Shown here: positions 1 through 14,545 of the stretch, piece after piece
How positions within the stretch are numbered: the first letter of the stretch is position 1
How the letters are laid out: the number at the start of each line of letters is the position of its first letter
Source: the human T2T-CHM13v2.0 reference genome, Homo sapiens
Assembly (NCBI GenBank): GCA_009914755.4
Contig: CP086569.2
Location: 35,872,001-35,936,000, forward strand
Direction: 5' to 3'
Length of the DNA stretch: 64,000 nt
The notes under the pieces: model-generated
What the model was told of the DNA's origin: nothing
The model's database searches: none
What the model saw: the letters and a program-made list of their open reading frames with translations, nothing else
Program-made: the position numbers and the translations under genes

Positions 1-380
1 TCAAACGGAATGGAATGGACAGCCACGGAATGGAATGCACTCGAATGCAATGGAGTCGAAACTAATGGACTGGAATAGAATGGACTCGACTGGTACGGAC
101 TCCAATGGAATGGAATCGAAAGGAAGGGAATCGAACGGAATGGACTCGAAGGGAAAAGACTGCAATGGAAAGGTCTCGAATGGAATGGAAATTAATGGAA
201 TGGAATGGAATCGAATGAAATGGAGTCAAAAGGAATGGAATCGAATGGCAAGAAATCGAATGTAATGGAATCGCAAGGAATTGATGTGAACGGAACGGAA
301 TGGAATGGAATCCAAAGGAATGGAATAGAATGGAATGGAATCGAATGGAAAGGACTCGAATGGAAATCACTCGAATAGAA
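1..380 (+). repeat. Partial HOR unit (3' ~380 bp of a ~3.55 kb higher-order repeat). Unit phase is arbitrarily anchored on the motif TGCAATTTAATAAAATAGG.
   Basis: Bases 1-110 match the stretch starting at 3554 base for base, read directly (tcaaacggaatggaatggacagccacggaatggaatgcactcgaatgcaatggagtcgaaactaatggactgg...). The minus-strand ORF 62..385 is near-identical to ORF 3615..3938. Confidence 0.8.
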
Positions 381-3300
381 TGCAATTTAATAAAATAGGA
401 TCAAAAGAATGGAATGGAATGGAAAGGAATCGAAACGAAAGGAATGGAGACAGATGGAATGGAATGGAACAGAGAGCAATGGTATAGAATGGAATGGAAT
501 CATCTGGAATGGAATTGAATGGAATGGAATAACATGAAATGGAATGGAATGGAATGGAATGCCCTTGAATTAAATGGACTGGAATGGAATGGACTCGAAC
601 AGAGTGGAATGGAAAGTGTTGAAATAGAATGGAATGGACTCCTTTGGAATGGTCTAGTATGCAATGCAATCGACTGGCAGGGAATCAAAAGGAATGTAAT
701 CGAATGGATTGGACTGGAATGCAATGGACTCGAATAGATTGGAAACGGAATGCAAAGGAATGGAATGGAATAGTATGGAATGGAATGGAAAGGAATGGAG
801 TGGAATAGACTAGAGTGGAATGGAATGGACTGGAAAGCAATGGACTGGAATGGAACTTTCTTGAATGGACTGGAATCAAACGGAATGGAATGCAATGCAA
901 TCAAATGGCATGGAATCAAATGGAATGAAAGGGAATCAAATGGAATTGAATCGAATGGAATCGAATGGATTGGAAAGGAATAGAATGGAATGGAATGGAA
1001 TTGACTCAAATGGAATGTACTAGAATGGAATGGATTCGAATGGAAGGCAAAGGAATGGAATCTATTGGAATGGACTGTAATGGAATGGAATGGAAGGGAT
1101 TGGAATGGACTCGAATGGAATGGACTGCAATAGAAAGGATTCGAATGGAATGAAAAAGAATTGAATGGAATAGAACAGAATGGAATCAAATCGAATGAAA
1201 TGGAGTGGAATAGAAAGGAATGGAATGAAATGGAATGGAAAGGATTCGAATGGAATGCAATCGAATGGAATGGAATCGAATGGAATGGAATAAAGTGGAA
1301 GAAAACTGGCAAGAAATGGAATCGAAATGAATGGAGTGTTATGGAACGGACTCAAAAGGAATTGAATGTAATAGAATGGAGTGGAGTGGACTCGAATATA
1401 ATGGACTGGAATGGAATGAAATCACATGGAATGGGAACGAATGGAATGGAATGGAAAGGAATGGAATCGAATGGAAAGGAATCGAATGGAAGGGAATGAA
1501 ATTAAATCAACAGGAATGGAAGGGAATAGAATAGACGGTAATGGAATGGACTCGAATAGAATGGACACGAATGCTCAAATTGAATGGACTCGAATGGAAT
1601 GGAAACGAAAGGAATGTCATCGAATGGAATTGAATCGATTGGAATGAAATCGCATAGAATGGAGTGGAATCAAATGGAATTGAATCGAAAGGAAAGGAAG
1701 CGAATGGACTGAAATGAAATGGAATGGAATTGAATGGAAAGTAATGCAATGGAATAGAATGGAACGAAATTTCACGGAATGGAATCAAACTGAATGGAAT
1801 CAAATCAATGGAATCTAATCAAGTGGAAAGGAAAGGAATTGAATGGAGTAGATTGGATTGGATGGGATTGGAATGAAATGTACTGGAAAGGACTCGAGTT
1901 TCATGAAACGGAATGGAATGAATTGGAACGGAATGGACTCGAATGGAATGGAATGTCATGGAATGGCATCAAATGGAATGGCATCAAATGGAATGGAATC
2001 GAATGCAATGGAATGCTATGGAATGGAATTGAATGCATTGGAATGGAATGTCCTCTAATGGAATAGATTCGAGTGGAATGGAATCGAATATAATGGAGTC
2101 GAATGAAATGGAATTGAAAGGAATGGGATCGAATACAATGGAATATACTGGAATGTAATGTAATGAACTCGAATGTAATTGACTGGAATGGAATGTACAT
2201 GAATGGAATGTAATCGAATGGAAAGTAATCCAATGGAATAGAATCTAATGCAATAAAATCGACTCAGATAGAGTAGAATGTAATGGAATTGAGTGCAGTG
2301 CAATGGAATGGAATGGAATGGAATGCAATGGAATGGAATGGAATGGAAAGGAATGGAATGGAATGGGATGGAATGGTATGGAATGGATAGTAATGGACTG
2401 GAGTGAAATGGACTGGAAATGAATGGACTCAAATTGAAAGGGCTCGAAAGGAATGGAGTCAAAAGGAATGGTCTGGAATGGAATGAACACGAATGTAATG
2501 CAATCCAATAGAATGGAATCGAATGGCATGGAATATAAAGAAATGGAATCGAAGAGAATGGAAACAAATGGAATGGAATTGAATGGAATGGAATTGAATG
2601 GAATGGGAACGAATGGAGTGAAATTGTATGCAGTAGAAGAGAATAGAATGGAATGCAAGCGAAAGGAAAGGAATGGATTGGAATGGAATGGAATTCATTG
2701 GAATGGAAGGGAATGTAGTGTAATGGACAGGCCTGGAATAAAGTGGAATGCTACGGTCTCCAATGGAATAAAAATGTATGGAATGGAATGCAATGAAACG
2801 GAATCGAATGTCATAGAATATAATGGAATGCAAAAAAATGGAATCCAAAATCATTGACTGGAAAGGCTGTGTGTCGAAAGGAATTGACTCCAATGGAATG
2901 GAATCGAATGGAATGGAAGTGAATAGAATGGAACTAAATCGAATGGAATGGAATTGATAGGAACGGAATGGAAAGGAATGCAATGATTTGGCATGGAATG
3001 GAATCGAATGGCATCGAATGGAATGGAATGGAATGCAATGGAATGGAATGTATTAGAATGTAATGAACTTTAATGGAATGTACTCGAATGGATTCGACTG
3101 GAATGGAATGTTCTGGAAGTGAATGGACTCCAATGGAATGGATTCAAAAGGAATGGAGTCGTACGGAATGGAATCTAATGGAATGGAATTAAATGGAAAT
3201 GAATCAAATTGAATAGAACGGAATTGAATTGAATGGAATCGAATGCAATGGAATCTAATGAAACGGAAAGGAAAGGAATGGAATGGAATGGAATGGGCTG

Positions 3301-3933
3301 GAATGGAAAGGAATCGAAACGAATGGAATGGAATCGAACTGAAGAGACTGGAATGGAATGCACTGGAATGGAAGGGAGTGTAATGGAAGGTTCTCGAAAA
3401 AAATGGAATCGAATGGAATGGAATTGAGTGGAACGGAATAGAGTCGAATGGAATTGAATGGAATGGAATGGACTAGAGTGAAATGGAATCGAACCACAAG
3501 GAATGGACAGGAATAGAATGGTCTCGAATTGAATGGAATCGTATGGAATGGCATCAAACGGAATGGAATGGACAGCCACGGAATGGAATGCACTCGAATG
3601 CAATGGAGTCGAAACTAATGGACTGGAATAGAATGGACTCGACTGGTACGGACTCCAATGGAATGGAATCGAATGGAAGGGAATCGAACGGAATGGACTC
3701 GAAGGGAAAAGACTGCAATGGAAAGGTCTCGAATGGAATGGAAATTAATGGAATGGAACGGAATCGAATGAAATGGAGTCAAAAGGAATGGAATCGAATG
3801 GCAAGAAATCGAATGCAATGGAATCGCAAGGAATTGATGTGAACGGAACGGAATGGAATGGAATCCAAAGGAATGGAATAGAATGGAATGGAATCGAATG
3901 GAAAGGACTCGAATGGAAATCACTCGAACAGAA
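381..3933 (+). repeat. HOR unit 1, 3553 bp (~3.55 kb HSat3 higher-order repeat, tentatively DYZ1-type)
   Basis: Anchor motif tgcaatttaataaaatagg at 381 and again at 3934. One GGCC site at ~2730 (ggacaggcctggaataaagtggaatgctacggtctc). The hypervariable island triplet reads ggctgTGTgtcg at ~2866. Confidence 0.8.
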
Positions 3934-6900
3934 TGCAATTTAATAAAATAGGATCAAATGTAATGGAATGGAATGGAAAGGAATCGAAACGAAAGGAATG
4001 GAGACAGATGGAATGGAATGGAACAGAGAGCAAAGGTATAGAATGGAATGGAATCATCTGGAATGGAATTGAATGGAATGGAATAATATGAAATGGAATG
4101 GAATGGAATGGAATGCCCTTGAATTAAATGGACTGGAATGGAATGGACTCAAACAGAGTGGAATGGAAAGTGTGGATATAGAATGGAATGAACTCCTTTG
4201 GAATGGTCTAGTAGACAATGCAATCGACTGGCAGGGAATCAAAAGGAATGTAATCGAATGGATTGGACTGGAATGCAATGGACTCGAATAGATTGGAAAC
4301 GGAATGCAAAGGAATGGAATGGAATAGTATGGAATGGTATGGAAAGGAATGGAGTGGAATAGAATAGAGTGGAATGGAATGGACTGGAAAGCAATGGACT
4401 GGAATGGAACATTCTTGAATGGACTGGAATCAAACGGAATGGAATGCAATGCAATCAAATGGCATGGAATAAAATAGAATGAAAGAGAATCAAATGGAAT
4501 TGAATCGAATGGAATCGAATGGATTGGAAAGGAATAGAATGGAATGGAATGGAATTGACTCAAATGGAATGGACTAGAATGGAATGGATTCGAATGGAAG
4601 GCAAAGGAATGGAATCTATTGGAATGGACTGTAATGGAATGGAATGGAAGGGATTGGAATGGACTCGAATGGAATGGACTGCAATAGAAAGGATTCGAAT
4701 GGAATGAAAAAGAATTGAATGGAATAGAACAGAATGGAATCAAATCGAATGAAATGGAATGGAATAGAAAGGAATGGAATGAAATGGAATGGAAAGGATT
4801 CGAATGGAATGCAATCGAATGGAATGGAATCGAACGGAATGGAATAAAATGGAAGAAAACTGGCAAGAAATGGAATCGAAATGAATGGAGTGTTATGGAA
4901 CGGACTCAAAAGGAATTGAATGTAATAGAATGGAGTGGAGTGGACTCGAATATAATGGACTGGAATGGAATGAAATCACATGGAATGGGAACGAATGGAA
5001 TGGAATGGAAAGGAATGGAATCGAATGGAAAGGAATCGAATGGAAGGGAATGAAATTGAATCAACAGGAATGGAAGGGAATAGAATAGACGGTAATGGAA
5101 TGGACTCGAATAGAATGGACACGAATGCTCAAATTGAATGGACTCGAATGGAATGGAAACGAAAGGAATGTCATCGAATGGAATTGAATCGATTGGAATG
5201 AAATCGCATAGAATGGAGTGGAATCAAATGGAATTGAATCGAAAGGAAAGGAAGCGAATGGACTGAAATGAAATGGAATGGAATTGAATGGAAAGTAATG
5301 CAATGGAATAGAATGGAACGAAATTTCACGGAATAGAATCAAACTGAATGGAATCAAATCAATGGAATCTAATCAAATGGAATGGAAAGGAATTGAATGG
5401 AGTAGATTGGATTGGATGGGATTGGAATGAAATGTACTGGAAAGGACTCGAATTTCATGAAACGGAATGGAATGAATTGGAACGGAATGGACTCGAATGG
5501 AATGGAATGTCATGGAATGGCATCAAATGGAATGGCATCAAATGGAATGGAATCGAATGCAATGGAATGCTATGGAATGGAATTGAATGCATTGGAATGG
5601 AATGTCCTCTAATGGAATGGATTCGAGTGGAATGGAATCGAATATAATGGAGTCGATTGAAATGGAATTGAAAGGAATGGGATCGAATACAATGGAATAT
5701 ACTGGAATGTAATGTAATGAACTTGAATGTAATTGACTGGAATGTAATGTACATGAATGGAATGTAATCGAATGGAAAGTAATCCAATGGAATAGAATCT
5801 AATGCAATAAAATCGACTCAGATAGAGTAGAATGTAATGGAATGGAGTGCAGTGCAATGGAATGGAATGGAATGGAATGCAATGGAATGGAATGGAATGG
5901 AATGGAATGGAATGGTGTGGAATGGATAGTAATGGACTGGAGTGAAATGGACTGGAAATGAATGGACTCAAATTGAAAGGGCTCGAAAGGAATGGAGTCA
6001 AATGGAATGGTCTGGAATGGAATGAACACGAATGTAATGCAATCCAATAGAATGGAATCGAATGGCATGGAATATAAAGAAATGGAATCGAAGAGAATGG
6101 AAACAAATGGAATGGAATTGAATGGAATGGAATTGAATGGAATGGGAACGAATGGAGTGAAATTGTATGCAGTAGAAGAGAATAGAATGGAATGCAAGCG
6201 AAAGGAAAGGAATGGATTGGAATGGAATGGAATTCATTGGAATGGAAGGGAATGTAGTGTAATGGACAGGCCTGTAATAAAGTGGAATGCTACGGTCTCG
6301 AATGGAATAAAAATGTATGGAATGGAATGCAATGAAACGGAATCGAATGTCATAGAATGTAATGGAATGCAAAAAAATGGAATCCAAAATCATTGACTGG
6401 AAAGGCTGGATGTCGAAAGGAATTGACTCCAATGGAATGGAATCGAATGGAATGGAAGTGAATAGAATCGAACTAAATCGAATGGAATGGAATTGATAGG
6501 AACGGAATGGAAAGGAATGCAATGATTTGGCATGGAATGGAAACGAATGGTATCTAATGGAATGGAATGTAATGTAATGGAATGGAATGTATTAGAATGT
6601 AATGAACTTTAATGGAATGTACTCGAATGGATTCGACTGGAATGGAATGTTCTGGAAGTGAATGGACTCCAATGGAATGGATTCAAACGGAATGGAATCG
6701 TACGGAATGGAATCTAATGGAATGGAATTAAATGGAAATGAATCAAATTGAATAGCACGGAATTGAATTGAATGGAATGGAATGCAATGGAATCTAATGA
6801 AACGGAAAGGAAAGGAATGGAATGGAATGGAATGGGCTGGAATGGAAAGGAATCGAAACGAATGGAATGGAATCGAACTGAAGAGACTGGAATGGAATGC

Positions 6901-7472
6901 ACTGGAATGGAAGGGAGTGTAATGGAAGGTTCTCGAAAAAAATGGAATCGAATGGAATGGAATTGAATGGAACGGAATAGAGTCGAATGGAATTGAATGG
7001 AATGGAATGGACTAGAGTGAAATGGAATCGAACCACAAGGAATGGACAGGAATAGAATGGTCTCGAATTGAATGGAATCGTATGGAATGGCATCAAACGG
7101 AATGGAATGGACAGCCACGGAATGGAATGCACTCGAATGCAATGGAGTCGAAACTAATGGACTGGAATAGAATGGACTCGACTGGTACGGACTCCAATGG
7201 AATGGAATCGAATGGAAGGGAATCGAACGGAATGGACTCGAAGGGAAAAAACTGCAATGGAAAGGTCTCGAATGGAATGGAAATTAATGGAATGGAATGG
7301 AATCGAATGAAATGGAGTCAAAAGGAATGGAATCGAATGGCAAGAAATCGAATGTAATGGAATCGCAAGGAATTGATGTGAACGGAACGGAATGGAATGG
7401 AATCCAAAGGAATGGAATAGAATGGAATGGAATCGAATGGAAAGGACTCGAATGGAAATCACTCGAATAGAA
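3934..7472 (+). repeat. HOR unit 2, 3539 bp
   Basis: Anchor at 3934 and 7473. The ORF set is colinear with unit 1. GGCC at ~6270. Island triplet ggctgGATgtcg at ~6406. Confidence 0.8.
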
Positions 7473-10400
7473 TGCAATTTAATAAAATAGGGTCAAATGT
7501 AATGGAATGGAATGGAAAGGAATCGAAACGAAAGGAATGGAGACAGATGGAATGGAATGGAACAGAGAGCAATGGTATAGAATGGAATGGAATCATCTGG
7601 AATGGAATTGAATGGAATGGAATAATATGAAATGGAATGGAATGGAATGGAATGGAATGCCCTTGAATTAAATGGACTGGAATGGAATGGACTCGAACAG
7701 AGTGGAATGGAAAGTGTTGAGATAGAATGGAATGGACTCCTTTGGAATGGTGTAGTATGCAATGCAATCGACTGGCAGGGAATCAAAAGGAATGTAATGG
7801 AATGGATTGGACTGGAATGCAATGGACTCGAATAGATTGGAAACGGAATGCAAAGGAATGGAATGGAATAGTATGGAATGGAATGGAAAGGAATGGAGTG
7901 GAATAGACTAGAGTGGAATGGAATGGACTGGAAAGCAATGGACTGGAATGGAACTTTCTTGAATGGACTGGAATCAAACGGAATGGAATGCAATGCAATC
8001 AAATGGCATAGAATAAGATAGAATGAAAGAGAATCAAATGGAATTGAATGGAATGGAATCGAATGGATTGGAAAGGAATAGAATGGAATGGAATGGAATT
8101 GACTCAAATGGAATGGACTAGAATGGAATGGATTCGAATGGAAGGCAAAGGAATGGAATCTATTGGAATGGACTGTAATGGAATGCAATGGAAGGGATTG
8201 GAATGGACTCGAATGGAATGGACTGCAATAGAAAGGATACGAATGGAATGAAAAAGAATTGAATGGAATAGAACAGAATGGAAACAAATCGAATGAAATG
8301 GAATGGAATAGAAAGGAATGGAATGAAATGGAATGGAAAGGATTCGAATGGAATGCAAACGAATGGAATGGAATCGAACGGAATGGAATAAAATGGAAGA
8401 AAACTGGCAAGAAATGGAATCGAAATGAATGGAGTGTTATGGAAGGGACTCAAAAGGAATTGAATGTAATAGAATGGAGTGGAGTGGACTCGAATATAAT
8501 GGACTTGAATGGAATGAAATCACATGGAATGGGAACGAATGGAATGGAATGGAAAGGAATGGAATCGAATGGAAAGGAATCGAATGGAAGGGAATGAAAT
8601 TGAACCAACAGGAATGGAAGGGAATAGAATAGACGGTAATGGAATGGACTCGAATAGAATGGACACGAATGCTCAAATTGAATGGACTCGAATGGAATGG
8701 AAACGAAAGGAATGTCATCGAATGGAATTGAATCGATTGGAATGAAATCGCATAGAATGGAGTGGAATCAAATGGAATTGAATCGAAAGGAAAGGAAGCG
8801 AATGGACTGAAATGAAATGGAATGGAATTGAATGGAAAGTAATGCAATGGAATAGAATGGAACGAAATTTCACGGAATGGAATCAAACTGAATGGAATCA
8901 AATCAATGGAATCTAATCAAATGGAATGGAAAGGAATTGAATGGAGTAGATTGGATTGGATGGGATTGGAATGAAATGTACTGGAAAGGACTCGAATTTC
9001 ATGAAACGGAATGGAATGAATTGGAACGGAATGGACTCGAATGGAATGGAATGTCATGGAATGGCATCAAATGGAATGGCATCAAATGGAATGGAATCGA
9101 ATGCAATGGAATGCTATCGAATGGAATGGAATGCATTGGAATGGAATGTCCTCTAATGGAATGGATTCGAGTGGAATGGAATCGAATATAATGGAGTCGA
9201 ATGAAATGGAATTGAAAAGAATGGGATCGAATACAATGGAATATACTGGAATGTAATGTAATGAACTCGAATGTAATTGACTGGAATGGAATGTATATGA
9301 ATGGAATGTAATCGAATGGAAAGTAATCCAATGGAATAGAATCTAATGCAATAAAATCGACTCAGATAGAGTAGAATGTAATGGAATGGAGTGCAGTGCA
9401 ATGGAATGGAATGGAATGGAATGCAATGGAATGGAATGGAATGGGATGGAATGGTATGGAATGGATAGTAATGGACTGGAGTGAAATGGACTGGAAAGGA
9501 ATGGACTCAAATTGAAAGGGCTCGAAAGGAATGGAGACAAATGGTATGGTCTGGAATGGAATGAACACGAATGTAATGCAATCCAATAGAATAGAGTCGA
9601 ATGGCATGGAATATAAAGAAATGGAATCGAAGAGAATAGAAACAAATGGAATGGAATTGAATGGAATGGAATTGAGTGGAATGGGAACGAATGGAGTGAA
9701 ATTGTATGCAGTAGAAGAGAATAGAATGGAATGCAAGCGAAAGGAAAGGAATGGATTGGAATGGAATGGAATTCATTGGAATGGAAGGGAATGTAGTGTA
9801 ATGGACAGGCCTGGAATAAAGTGGAATGCTACGGTCTCGAGTGGAATAAAAATGTATGGATTGGAATGCAATGAAACGGAATCGAATGTCATAGAATGTA
9901 ATGGAATGCAAAAAAATGGAATCCGAAATCATTGACTGGAAAGGCTGGGTGTCGAAAGGAATTGACTCCAATGGAATGGAATCGAATGGAATGGAAGTGA
10001 ATAGAATCGAACTAAATCGAATGGAATGGAATTGATAGGAACGGAATGGAAAGGAATGCAATGATTTGGCATGGAATGGAATCGAATGGCATCGAATGGA
10101 ATGGAATGGAATGCAATGGAATGGAATGTATTAGAATGTAATGAACTTTAATGGAATGTACTCGAAAGGATTTGACTGGAATGGAATGTTCTGGAAGTGA
10201 ATGGACTCCAATGGAATGGATTCGAAAGGAATGGAATCGTACGGAATGGAATCTAATGGAATGGAATTAAATGGAAATGAATCAAATTGAATAGCACGGA
10301 ATTGAATTGAATGGAATGGAATGCAATGGAATCTAATGAAACGGAAAGGAAAGGAATGCAATGGAATGGAATGGGCTGGAATGGAAAGGAATCGAAACGA

Positions 10401-11011
10401 ATGGAATGGAATCGAACTGAAGAGACTGGAATGGAATGCACTGGAATGGAAGGGAGTGTAATGGAAGGTTCTCGAAAAAAATGGAATCGAATGGAATGGA
10501 ATTGAGTGGAACGGAATAGAGTCGAATGGAATTGAATGGAATGGAATGGACTAGAGTGAAATGGAATCGAACCACAAGGAATGGACAGGAATAGAATGGT
10601 CTCGAATTGAATGGAATCGTATGGAATGGCATCAAACGGAATGGAATGGACAGCCACGGAATGGAATGCACTCGAATGCAATGGAGTCGAAACTAATGGA
10701 CTGGAATAGAATGGACTCGACTGGTACGGACTCCAATGGAATGGAATCGAATGGAAGGGAATCGAACGGAATGGACTCAAAGGGAAAAGACTGCAATGGA
10801 ACGGTCTCGAATGGAATGGAAATTAATGGAATGGAATGGAATCGAATGAAATGGAGTCAAAAGGAATGGAATCGAATGGCAAGAAATCGAATGTAATGGA
10901 ATCGCAAGGAATTGATATGAACGGAACGGAATGGAATGGAATCCAAAGGAATGGAATAGAATGGAATGGAATCGAATGGAAAGGACTCGAATGGAAATCA
11001 CTCGAATAGAA
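7473..11011 (+). repeat. HOR unit 3, 3539 bp
   Basis: Anchor at 7473 and 11012. GGCC at ~9809. Island triplet ggctgGGTgtcg at ~9946. Confidence 0.8.
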
Positions 11012-14000
11012 TGCAATTTAATAAAATAGGATCAAATGTAATGGAATGGAATGGAAAGGAATCGAAACGAAAGGAATGGAGACAGATGGAATGGAATGGA
11101 ACAGATAGCAATGGTATACAATGGAATGGAATCATCTGGAATGGAATTGAATGGAATGCAATAATATGAAATGGAATGGAATGGAATGGAATGGAATGCC
11201 CTTGAATTAAATGGACTGGACTCGAACAGAGTGGAATGGAAAGTGTTGAGATAGAATGGAATGGACTCCTTTGGAATGGTCTAGTATGCAATGCAATCGA
11301 CTGGCAGGGAATCAAAAGGAATGTAATGGAATGGATTGGACTGGAATGCAATGGACTCGAATAGATTGGAAACGGAATGCAAAGGAATGGAATGGAATAG
11401 TATGGAATGGAATGGAAAGGAATGGAGTGGAATAGACTAGAGTGGAATGGAATGGACTGGAAAGCAATGGACTGGAATGAAACTTTCTTGAATGGACTGG
11501 AATCAAACGGAATGGAATGCAATGCAATCAAATGGCATGGAATAAGATAGAATGAAAGAGAATCAAATGGAATTGAATCGAATGGAATCGAACGGATTGG
11601 AAAGGAAGAGAATGGAATGGAATGGAATTGACTCAAATGGAATGGACTAGAATGGAATGGATTCGAATGGAAGGCAAAGGAATGGAATCTATTGGAATGG
11701 ACTGTAATGGAATGGAATGGAAGGGATTGGAATGGACTCGAATGGAATGGACTGCAATAGAAAGGATTCGAATGGAATGAAAAAGAATTGAATGGAATAG
11801 AACAGAATGGAATCAAATCGAATGAAATGGAATGGAATAGAAAGGAATGGAATGAAATGGAATGGAAAGGATTCGAATGGAATGTAATCGAATGGAATGG
11901 AATCGAACGGAATGGAATAAAATGGAAGAAAACTGGCAAGAAATGGAATCGAAATGAATGGAGTGTTATGGAACGGACTCAAAAGGAATTGAATGTAATA
12001 GAATGGAGTGGAGTGGACTCGAATATAATGGACTGGAATGGAATGAAATCACATGGAATGGGAACGAATGGAATGGAATGGAAAGGAATGGAATCGAATG
12101 GAAAGGAATCGAACGGAAGGGAATGAAATTGAATCAACAGGAATGGAAGGGAATAGAATAGACTGTAATGGAATGGACACGAATAGAATGGACACGAATG
12201 CTCAAATTGAATGGACTCGAATGGAATGGAAAGGAAAGGAAAGTCATCGAATGGAATTGAATCGATTGGAATGAAATCGCATAGAATGGAGTGGAATCAA
12301 ATGGAATTGAATCGAAAGGAAAGGAAGCGAATGGACTGAAATGAAATGGAATGGAATTGAATGGAAAGTAATGCAATGGAATAGAATGGAACGAAATTTC
12401 ACGGAATGGAATCAAACTGAATGGAATCAAATCAATGGAATATAATCAAATGGAATGGAAAGGAATTGAATGGAGTAGATTGGATTGGATGGGATTGGAA
12501 TGAAATGTACTGGAAAGGAATCGAATTTCATGAAACGGAATGGAATGAATTAGAACGGAATGGACTCGAATGGAATGGAATGTCATGGAATGGCATCAAA
12601 TGGAATGGAATCGAATGCGATGGAATGCTATGGAATGGAATGGAATGCATTGGAATGGAATGTCCTCTAATGGAATGTATTCGAGTGGAATGGAATCGAA
12701 TATAATGGAGTCTAATGAAATGGAATTGAAAGGAATGGGACCGAATACAATGGAATATACTGGAATGTAATGTAATGAACTCGAATGTAATTGACTGGAA
12801 TGGAATGTACATGAATGGAATGTAATCGAATGGAAAGCAATCCAATGGAATAGAATCTAATGCAATAAAATCGACTCAAATAGAGTAGAATGTAATGGAA
12901 TGGAGTGCAGTGCAATGGAATGGAATGGAATGGAATGCAATGGAATGGAATGGAATGGAATGGAATGGGATGGAATGGTATGGAATGGATAGTAATGGAC
13001 TGGAGTGAAATGGACTGGAAAAGAATGGACTCAAATTGAAAGGGCTCGAAAGGAATGGAGTCAAATGGAATGGTCTGGAATGGAATGAACACGAATGTAA
13101 TGCAATCCAATGGAATGGAATCGAATGGCATGGAATATAAAGAAATGGAATCGAAGAGAATGGAAACAAATGGAATGGAATTGAATGGAATGGAATTGAA
13201 TGGAATGGGAACGAATGGAGTGAAATTGTATGCAGTAGAAGAGAATAGAATGGAATGCAAGCGAAAGGAAAGGAATGGATTGGAATGGAATGGAATTCAT
13301 TGGAATGGAAGGGAATGTAGTGTAATGGACAGGCCTGGAATAAAGTGGAATGCTACGGTCTCGAATGGAATAAAAATGTATGGAATGGAATGCAATGAAA
13401 CGGAATCGAATGTCATAGAATGTAATGGAATGCAAAAAAATGGACTCCAAAATCATTGACTGGAAAGGCTGGGGGTCGAAAGGAATTGACTCCAATGGAA
13501 TGGAATCGAATGGAATGGAAGTGAATAGAATCGAACTAAATCGAATGGAATGGAATTGATAGGAACGGAATGGAAAGGAATGCAATGATTTGGCATGGAA
13601 TGGAATCGAATGGCATCGAATGGAATGGAATGGATTGCAATGGAATGGAATGTATTAGAATGTAATGAACTTTAATGGAATGTACTCGAATGGATTCGAC
13701 TGGAATGGAATGTTCTGGAAGTGAATGGACTCCAATGGAATGGATTCGAAAGGAATGGAATCTAATGGAATGGAATTAAATGGAAATGAATCAAATTGAA
13801 TAGAACGGAATTGAATTGAATGGAATCGAATGCAATGGAATCTAATGAAACGGAAAGGAAAGGAATGGAATGGATTGGAATGGAATGGGCTGGAATGGAA
13901 TGGAATCGAAACGAATGGAATGGAATCGAAATGAAGAGACTGGAATGGAATGCACTGGAATGGAAGGGAATGTAATGGAAGGTTCTCGAAAAAAATGGAA

Positions 14001-14545
14001 TCGAAAGGAATGGAATTGAATGGAACGGAATAGAGTCGAATGGAATTCAATGGAATGGAATGGACTAGAGTGAAATGGAATCGAACCACAAGGAATGGAC
14101 AGGAATAGAATGGTCTCGAATTGAATGGAATCGTATGGAATGGCATCAAACGGAATGGAATGGACAGCCACGGAATGGAATGGACACCCACGGAATGGAA
14201 TGCACTCGAATGCAATGGAGTCGACACTAATGGACTGGAATAGAATGGACTCGACTGGTACGGAGTCCAATGGAATGGAATCGAATGGAAGGGAATCGAA
14301 CGGAATGGACTCGAAGTGAAAAGACTGCAATGGAAAGGTCTCCAATGGAATGGAAATTAATGGAATGGAATGGAATCGAATGAAATGGAGTCAAAAGGAA
14401 TGGAATCGAATGGCAAGAAATCGAATGTAATGGAATCGCAAGGAATGGATGTGAACGGAACGGAATGGAATGGAATCCAAAGGAATGGAATAGAATGGAA
14501 TGGAATCGAATGGAAAGGACTTGAATGGAAATCACTCGAATAGAA
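11012..14545 (+). repeat. HOR unit 4, 3534 bp. Subtype carrying a 10-bp deletion and a 20-bp tandem duplication.
   Basis: Anchor at 11012 and 14546. 10-bp deletion at ~11219: atggactgga|ctcgaacag lacks the atggaatgga present at 7671-7690 in unit 3. 20-bp near-perfect tandem duplication at 14161-14200: tggacagccacggaatggaa followed by tggacacccacggaatggaa. Island triplet ggctgGGGgtcg at ~13467. Confidence 0.8.

Noticed and set aside
2720-2760. Non-pentamer islands (e.g. ggacaggcctggaataaagtggaatgctacggtctc; tggaagaaaactggcaagaaatgg; gaatgcaatttaataaaataggatcaaa) as possible inserted elements or regulatory sites
   Set aside because: They are short (20-45 bp) and present once per HOR at fixed positions. 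They are best explained as diverged pentamers that define the HOR. There are no target-site duplications, poly-A tails or terminal repeats that would indicate transposon insertion.
2826-3410. Short A-runs (aaaaaaa at ~2826 and ~3398, recurring each unit) as poly-A tails of retroelements
   Set aside because: They are only 6-8 nt long and embedded in pentamer context (gcaaaaaaatggaatcc; cgaaaaaaatggaatcg). They recur at the same HOR position in every unit. They are not retroposon tails.
14161-14200. The 20-bp tandem duplication as a possible functional motif (e.g. protein-binding site duplication)
   Set aside because: It occurs only in one unit subtype (units 4 and 11) and looks like ordinary slippage. 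There is no basis to assign function from sequence.
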